Below are positions 9,901 to 18,900 of a DNA stretch of 64,000 nt, one piece after another; positions within the stretch are counted from its first letter, which is position 1, and each line of letters begins with the position of its first letter. Under the pieces are notes generated by a model. That model was not told the DNA's origin. It saw only the letters and a program-made list of their open reading frames with translations, and did no database searches. The stretch comes from Chlamydiota bacterium (GTDB lineage: Bacteria > Auribacterota > JACPWU01). Location of the stretch: contig JACOUC010000036.1 of assembly GCA_016178055.1 (NCBI GenBank), positions 9 to 64,008 of the forward strand, given 5' to 3'. A program made the position numbers and the translations under genes.

Positions 9901-12900
9901 TTCTGCATCCCCGCGATGGCTTAAAAGGGCTTGATACTCACTCGATGTAACACGTGATTTTTCTTGTGCGTCTCTGGCCATGACCATCACCAAAGGAATC
10001 ACTTCCTTCGTTTGTTTTAAAGTTGTCAAAATAAAATAAATATTCTGATAAACCCCCTCTTGAAGGCGAATGACTTGAACAGGAAATTCAATATCATCTA
10101 AAGAAAGTTTACGCCCTCCCAATTCATCCTGAAGAGAATCGAGCAAAATATTTCCCTCTCCCGTTTCAAGATTCTTCATCAACAGAGCCTCAACCGCATT
10201 TCTTGATTGTGCCAATGTCAAATCATTGCGATCCCGAGGCACATCCCACTGATCTCCCTGCCGCCACTGACCCGCTCGATAGAGGTCATAATGGCAAATC
10301 CTACCCCCTTGAGCCATCGAGGCATTGTCCGGCATTTTCTCCATCGCTTGAGATAATCTTTGATAGATCTCAAGCGTCTGAGAGAAAGTGGAGGGCATTT
10401 TGGTTTTGAGTATATTCAGCTTTGATTGATAACGCTCAAGCAAAGTCCGATCCTGCAAAATCACAAAATTGACTGCTGTTAGAAATAAGAGTTGGTCTAC
10501 TTGACTCTGAATCGCCCCTTCAATAAGTTTTCCAAGTGTCCCGATCTCCTCGGAAAGCAAGGCCTGTCTCACTTCTTCTGTGATACGCTGATGCACATTT
10601 TCTCGTCGAACCACAAGAGGTTGAAGAGTAGAGGCTGCAGGCAAAGCAGTTTCACCAGACAAAATATGCGCCTCAATAAACCTCCTCAACGCCTTGCCCA
10701 GGGGATTTTTGCCTTCGCGATTGAAAATTTTATCTGTGAGCTGGATAATCTGAGGATGCGTAAGACGGGTTCTTTCCAAGGCCTCATGAAGGGTCGCTTC
10801 ATCCACCAGATCCGAAATGCCAGTGCTCTTTTCCTCCGCCTCAAGAAACTGCATCAGATTGACCGCCAAAGCGCTTTCAGAGCCCAAGAAATATTTTTCT
10901 CTGCTCAAGACCCGAGCCTCAAACCATTTGAAAGCCTCTCGAGGATTTTGAAGAGCCGCCAAGACCTTTACTATTTCATCGTTTTCAATTCCTTGCTGAA
11001 CCAATGTGCTCCAAATCTCACTTCCAAGGCGCCCAGCCAAAGCCCTCGAGCGTTCTTCCACAAGCGTTACAACAGGCTCATGGGAACTTCTCACCTTGTC
11101 ACTTTGCTCTTCAATTTCTCTTCGCCACTGGGCTTCTTCGTCAGGCGTAACCTCTGGGCCAATGATGTTGCCTGAAGATGGCTCTTCTTCACTTAAGGCG
11201 AGTGACGGAGATTGGGAAGTTTGAAGTTGCCACACAATTTTAGAAGATCCATCACCATTCGTCGTTAACACCTGACTCCCATCTTCAGAAAACTTAGCAG
11301 AGCGCACCCAATTTTTTCCTCCATAAAAAGTCTCAAGGAGCTCTCTTGTTTCAACATTCCATACTTGACCACTCCAATATCGAGTTCGCTCTAGGTAATA
11401 GTTATATTGATCACCCCCCCAGCTTGTTTCAGTTCTATCAAAACGCATTGTTAATACTGTACGTCCATCAGGGGAAACAAGAATATGAACAAGTTTTTTG
11501 CCCATGTATTCCCTATAACGCTTGATAATGCGTTCCTTTGCTTCTTCGGTTAATAGAGAATCAGGAGATCGAGGAGTCGTGGTACCTAAAGGAGCGTCTG
11601 ACGCTGTCGAAGTTACACTTCCTTTTTTCCCCCTCTTTCGAGAAGGACTTGACGGAGGTGTGACTGTTGCTCCAGCAGAGTCAGCTGTTATCGTTGTCGT
11701 GGTCGAATCAGCCCCTGAGCCCGTTTCATCTCGCACAGGTTCAGGGACTATGACTACTTTTGGAGCTTCCGTACATTCCATCCTCAACCAATATGTCACT
11801 TCATTCTCCCCTTCTGTAAAGCCCAACTGACACCCTGGAATAGATGCCATTTGTGCCTTGAGTTCGAGTAGTTTATTCCTGACATTGGATTCTCCTGATT
11901 CTCTGAGACGAAGGGCCTCCTGTCTTGCAGCTTCAATGTCTGGATATTCACCGGTGAGATGTGTTTTTAAGAATTTCTCTTCGTTGGCAGACATTCTTCC
12001 TTCTCTGACAATCTGAATATTAAAGTGGCCTTCTTTTAATTCACTTCCCAGTTCAATGAATCGGCCTGGGTTGTGGGTTTTGGCGATGCGGACAAATTCA
12101 TTGAGCCAGTCTTTTGCGATGGGTCTTTGTTCTTCTGGTAGAGGGAGAGCTTGTGTGAATGGGGTGATGGCTGCATCTTTTAGTTGGGGGTCGTTGTGGT
12201 TTGAACGCTGCCTTTGTTGAGGGGGTGCAGGTAAAGGGGTTCTGGCCCAGAAGCAGCCATATTGTCCATTCATCTGATCGGTTTTGGGAGCGGTTCTTTC
12301 AGAGTCGATGAGATTTGAAAGCACGGCTGGCTCCACCCCATCATTCTGAGAATCCACTGTTTGGCCGACGAGTCCCATGATCTTCTGAAAGATGGGAGCG
12401 ACAGCTTGAGAAGCTGATAATCGATTGTCTGAAGGGGGCGCAGGGTCGAAGGTGAATTGAAAGCCTCTTTCTGGGTTGATGTCTATGTGGAAGGTTCCGC
12501 CATTGAGAATGTGGCCTTGAGCCATTTCTTCGAGGATTCTGTTGCTTAAGGGGTCTCTGATCTCCTGTTCGATGAGTCGTCGTAAGGGCCGTGCCCCATT
12601 GATGATGTCATAGCCTCTTTGAGCGAGGGTTTCATAGACGTTATCCGCGACTTCGACTTTGAATTTGTTTTCTGTGAAGTCACTGAGTTCCCGTTTTAAG
12701 AGGATGCGAGCAATTTGTCTTATGTTTTCAGGGGTGATGACGTTGCAGGCGATGATGTGGTCGATGCGGTTGATGATTTCAGGTTTGTATTTGGCTCTGA
12801 TGCTGGTTTCTACGGTTTGGGCAATGAGGTCGTTCATTTGGGTAATAATAGCTTGTGTTGCCTCTTCTGTTTCTGCGGTTTTAAGTTCTTCAGCCAGGGT

Positions 12901-15900
12901 TCGTAATGGACCTTGTATTTTCTCCATGCCAATGTTGGAGGTCATGATGATGAGGGTGTTTTTGAAGTCGACGGTGTTCCCTTGGCCGTCGGTGAGTTTT
13001 CCTTCGTCGAAGACTTGCATGAGGGTGGTAAGGACGTCCGAATGGGCTTTTTCGATTTCATCAAAGAGGAGAACGGAATAAGGACGTTTGCGGACGGCTT
13101 CGGTGAGTTGGCCGCCTTCTTGGAATCCCACATAACCCGGTGGGGAGCCGATGAGTCTGGATTTTTGATGGGATTCTTGGTATTCACTCATATTGAAGAC
13201 CGTTAAGGCCTGGTCGCTGTCAAAGAGGAATTGAGCTAAGGCTTTAGCCAGTTCTGTTTTGCCTACGCCTGTGGGGCCGGCCATGAAGAAGACGCCCATG
13301 GGACGTTTGCGCTCACCGGGGATAGCCCGGGCACGACGAATGGCTTGAGCGACGGCTTTGATGGCGTCTTCTTGGCCTACGACTCTTTTATGGAGTTCTC
13401 CTTCGATGTTCAAATATTTGGCTGCGTCGTCTTGGTCTAAGGCACCGACGGCCATGCCGGTCATGTCGGCTAAATATTCCTGGACGTCGGCTTGGGTGAT
13501 GCGGATGTCTTTTCTTAAATTGGATAATCGGCTCAAAATAGTATGGTAAGCCTCGAGTATGCCGATCATTTGGTTATGGACTTCGATGACGGTGGGGTCG
13601 GTGTCTGGAACTCCTTCTTTTTTAAGGTCGATGTATTCGTTAATGACGCTGTGGAGACGGTTGAGGAAGTCTTCTTTAGTCATTTCTAGACTGTTCCTTC
13701 GGGCGTTGACTCGGCCCATGGTTCCTTCTAAGACGTCAATGGCTTTGCGGGGTTGGGATTTTTCAGAGAGATAGCGTTGGGCGCATTTGACAGCGGCTTT
13801 AATGGTAGCACGATCTATTTTGAGTGAGAATTTTCCTTCTAAGTAGGTTTTGGCGCCCGTAAGAATGGTTTCTGTTTCCTGGACACTGGGTTCAGGGACA
13901 GAAACTTTGGTAAACCTGTCTTCGAAGGGTTTGTCTTGTTCGATGTAGGCTTTGTATTCAGGGTCTGTCGTGGCCCCAATCACAGTGACTCGCCCTTTTT
14001 CCAGGATGGGCTTTAAGAGGTCTGCGATTCGGGTGTCAATGCTGTTGCTGGGCCCTTTCAATAGGAAATGGATTTCATCGATGAAGAGAATGACGTTGTT
14101 GTTGGTTTTTTCAAGGAGTGGGATCAGTGTTTTGAGGTTGTCTGACATCTCTGAGAGGGTGCTTCCTAAAGCACCCGCTTTAAGGGCAATGATTCTCCTA
14201 CCCTTTAAAGGGCCATCGAGGTTGTTTCGGGCAAGTTTCAAAGAGACGAGTTCGACGAGGGCTGTTTTACCGACTCCTCTGGGGCCGACAAGAACTAAGC
14301 TGTTTTTGATTCTTACTGGAGTGGCCAGACGAGCCATGATGCGGCCGATTTCTTCAGAGCGCCCCACCAATGGGCGAGCGCTGTCAGCTTCAAGAGCGAG
14401 GTCATAGGTATAGTCTTTTAATACCTGCCACTCTTTTTTCTTTTGACCATTGCCTAAATCGACATCTGCGTTCAGTCCTATTCTCTTCAAGTAATCATCC
14501 AGGGGCTCCATCGGAGACTCACCTACAGAGAGTCGAAGGAATGGGACACCGAGGAGATATCCTAAAAGACCTGCAACTACGGTAAACAATAAGGAAGCAA
14601 TCGAAGATCTCCCATTGATCATCGAAGCCCCCCATGGTACTATTTTGATAAAGGAGGCTTTAAAATGTCCGCGAAACTGCAAGAGCTGACGGAATTGATG
14701 GGAGAATTGGAGCCTAAAAGTCTTTCTCGACGAAGTAGAAATGTTGCCAAAGCGCTCTTGGGTAGCTGCCGCGGCCTCATCACGCCTCGAGGTAAGTCCT
14801 CTACCCGGTGGATCCGACAAGAACGTTCCTCCCTCCACAGCAAGGTGAGATAGTTCTGTGCCCTCATTACCAACACTCATTCTCGATACAGATGTCATTG
14901 TCAACTGGCTATCGGAAGAGCTTGAAACAGGAACAGGTCGAGAGTTATGGAAAGCCCCATTTGACATTATCTCTAAAGCAGAAGAAGGTCGCTCTAGTGT
15001 ACTCATTTGTCTTACAACTCTGTTAGAGCTTAGATTTCTCTTGAGGAGAAAGAAACGGCTGAGTGACGCTTCGATTCGGTCTATTATTAATCGAATGTTC
15101 CAAATTATTTCGGTCAATGTTCCTGACAAAACTGAATTGCTCAGGGCCAACCATCTCCAGAGCCTCCATCCTTTGGACCCGTTTGACGCAATACTGCTCG
15201 CTTGCGCCATGTCGTCTGAAGAAGCTATTCTTGTTTCTCGTGACAAGCCACTCCTTCGCATTGCATCTGAATTCCTTGAAGCACTTAACCCTGAAGATGC
15301 CCTCGCCAAAATTTCAAAGTCTTGAATAGCATCAATGCTAAGACGAAAAACCGGAGAGCCAAAAATCCATCCTAAGAGGCCTGTCCCTATGGCTAATAAC
15401 ACAGAACCAATTTTGAGGATGTGTTGAGCATGTGTATGCTCTCCTTTTCCATCGCCATGAGAATGGGTGTGAGCGGGTTTCATCACTATGCTTGAGGTAG
15501 GGCCTCCTTCATTTGAGGATTGAAGAAGTTCGAGGATTTTAAATTCATCGAGCCAATTCCCAATGGCTTCTACGACGCTTACTCCGTCAGGGAGCCTACA
15601 CTCTTCTATAAGTTTTCTTACAGTGGCTTCATCATCGGCCCCCATTTTTCCCATTTCACGCAGTTTTTCAATCAGCCTGGGCGTTAAGGCCTCACGAAAG
15701 CGCTCTTGAGTATAAGCACCGCTATTGATCATTTCATCCAGGGCCTCAGGGACGGCATGGGAAGCAGCATGTTCTGCGTCTTCTGAGTCTAAGTTGCTTT
15801 TGATGTCGGGATTCTTTTCGGCATCTTGAGCAAGTTGCCGCCCGATCCGGCCTAAGATCTGAGTCAATTTCTTCGCCGCTTCGTCTAGTTTTTTCTGAAT

Positions 15901-18900
15901 AAATTCTTCCTTCATGAGAATATTGGCTTGAATCTCTTTAAAAGGCTTACCGTAATGCTGTTCCAGCTCTTTTTGAAAAAGTTTAATAAAAAGGTCCCGC
16001 GTCTTAGGATCAGCCGTTTTTAATCGATCCGCCAGAAATTCACGTAAGGGTCTTTCCTCACACCAGCCCAGGGCACCAAAACCAAAGAATGCAGATATGG
16101 GAGACGTCATTGCGAGGAGCGAGAGCTCCGAAGCAATCCCAGCTTTGCGCAAAACAGAGATGGCTTCGTCGGCTTCACCTCCCTGCAATGACGGCCAAAC
16201 ATAGCTTCCATCCAAAGACGGAAGAGGCAAAAGATTCACCAACCCTAAAGCCAAATTAATTTTGACTCCCCAAATAAGCGGGCCCATTAAAAATCCAAAA
16301 GGCCCAACGGCATTAGCGGCAAGGGCCCCTACCGCAAAGACCACGGCCAAAATTAAATTACTCACCGGCCCCGCAAGCGCTACTTTCTTCATCGAAGATT
16401 CTGAGAGCCGCCAAGAAGAAATAGGAACGGGCTTTAACCACCCGATCGGAATCCCGATCAAAAGCGTAGACGCTAAAAAAGAAATCGTCCCCCAAAAATC
16501 TAAATGCCTCCAAAACCTGAGCAACGTCAATCGCCCCGCCTCCTCAGCCGTCCGATCCCCCAACCTCGCCGCCAGCCATCCATGGGCATATTCATGAAGA
16601 ATCGCGGAGAAGAGAATAATTGCTATCAATGGAACAGCACTTCCTAAAAGGCCAGGGTTGGCCACAAATACAGCGGCAAAAGGAATGCACAAAAAGACAT
16701 AAATATTCTTGACTTGCCCCGGACTTGATTCTATGATTTTTCTCATGAATGAGAAAAAGACTCCAAAACCTATTCCTACTCCAGAAGAAGCCCAGCGATA
16801 CAACTCCGTTATTATTGAGGAGATGAGAAGCCAATTTAAGGTTTTTGGCGAAGGATTAACCGGTTTTAGAAAAGAAACGAATGCACGATTTGACAGACTC
16901 GAAGAAGTCGTTATGGATACGCGTGAACGTGTCTCTAGGGTAGAGAATAGACTCACCAAAGTTGAAGAGAGCAACGCTCGCATTGAATCTGACATTCGCC
17001 TCATCAAAAACCAAATCAAAGTCAAGGTGGATTTAGAAGAATTTAAAGTACTTGAAAATCGGCTTGTGATCGTTGAAAAAAGACTGGCTGCCCTTCCCAT
17101 CTCCGCTTGATTAGCGCTATTTGAAACTCTTCTGGAACCCCCTATACTGCGTATCAAGCCATCCACATCCCCCACATATCCTCCTAATTCCAAGGCTCTT
17201 CTAAGGTAAATTTCTATTGAATGAGCCGTTTGTGCGTGACTCAGGAAAAATCGCATCTGATCTTGCGTGAGCGTAGTCACGCGTTCAAGCCAAAGAAGAG
17301 GGTTTTTCTGCAATTCATCGGAAACTTCCGAACGATTTTCCTTTCCCGCTTTCCTCTCTATTTCTCGAATAACCCCTTCTAAATCTCTCGCCACCTCCTC
17401 CCAATTTTCTAAATTAAGTTCTCGGGCCAAAACCTCTTGATCCCTTTGCCATTGATCAAATTGGAGAGCCGTAAGCCCCGCAGCAAAAGCAGCCTCTTCT
17501 CCCAACGAGCGTATTTCCTCAAGAAAATGAAGCCTCGCGATTTTCTGAAGGGTCGGAAGTGAGGCTTCTTTTAAAGCATCAGGAGCGCCCGAAATAAATC
17601 CAAATTGCTCTTTCATCTTCCTAAAATAGGCGCTGCGATCGTCATGACCCGTCATACGAGGGGCAATGACCCAATAACCGATCTTGGCCTCTTTCAATTT
17701 CTTCGTGATCCCCTCCGTATGAAACCCACCCACCACAAGCGCTGCACAGGGAAGTTTCTTTTCCTGAATTAATTTAAGAGATTTTTCGAACATGATTTTG
17801 TCTCGTTTTAGAACTTGAGTGTAGAATTTTTGGGAGAGGTTAAAGATTTCTCCAAAATCAGGAGATTCATAGTCTATTGCTTCCTTTTTAGCTAATTCGC
17901 CAAGTTGAATTAGAAAATCTCCGATAAAGTCGTTCGGGCCTGCTTGGCTCGAGGCTCGAGGATAATACTTTGCTCGAGGCTCGAAGCTCGAGGCTCGAAG
18001 TAAATGCTTCTCCAGTTTTTGCTTTTGCCTCGAGCCTCGAGCTTCGAGCCGTTTTATGTCTTCCCTACTTCCTTCCATCGCAATCACACGCCTGAGTAGG
18101 TCATAGTCTTTTTCTAACGCCAGCAGCTCTTTCGCCTGAGGCGTTGTCGCCAAATTTTCAACGAGTTCTCCTTCGAGGTTTTTAATTTCTTCATCCAACT
18201 TCTCCCAAGAGATTTGTTTTAGGAGAGACATTTGTTGAATAAGGAGTTGAAGATTGGGATATGGAGCTGATTTCTCGACAGGCTCGAAACGTTTATTAAT
18301 TCTGTTATTGGAGTGCTTCTCGACTGCGCCTCTCGCTCCACTATCGTTTCTCGACGCGTTTCGACTAATGTCGAAACTTGCTTGAAAACTAAATTTATTG
18401 TTCGAGCGTAGTCGAGAACCTTCCTTCGCGTCCTCTACCTCCTCCTGGCCCCTCCTTGTGGTTTGCGCCGTGTTAGGCTCCAACCACTTCCTCGTCCACC
18501 CGCTACGGCGGGTACCCGGACTTGGTCGCAAGGAAGGGAGATTATTTCCCTCTAGCTTCGAGCCTCGAGCCTCGAGCATTCCTAAGTACTTGCTTAGGAA
18601 CAAATAATGCTCTTCATCACTGGTTCTGCCCAGCCGATGCTCTAAGATATTTCTCAAAACTTCATTGAGTTCTTCTTTTGGAAGCTTCTTCTCTAGTTCA
18701 GATAAAAATAAGAGGTATTCAGACTCAATTTTTGATGCGTCCGTTTTCTTTTCGAGTGCTTGGAGTCGAAGGTAGAAATCAAGCTGGGGGTAGTTTTGGC
18801 TCGAAGCTCGAGGCTCAAGGCTCGAGGAGGAAAGAGGAAGAGATTTATTTTCTACATTTTCAGTTTTTCCTTTTGTCTTTGCTTTTGCCTCGAGCTTCGA

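Noticed and set aside
10492-11175. 227-aa plus-strand ORF inside ORF1, and similar ones at 12659..13081, 13952..14407, 11522..11830 and 16262..16597
   Set aside because: They have S/R/L/F-rich composition typical of the antisense frame of a real gene. No promoter, SD or recognisable motif is present, and the opposite strand carries clear Clp and other domains. Unlike the four nested genes, nothing supports them.
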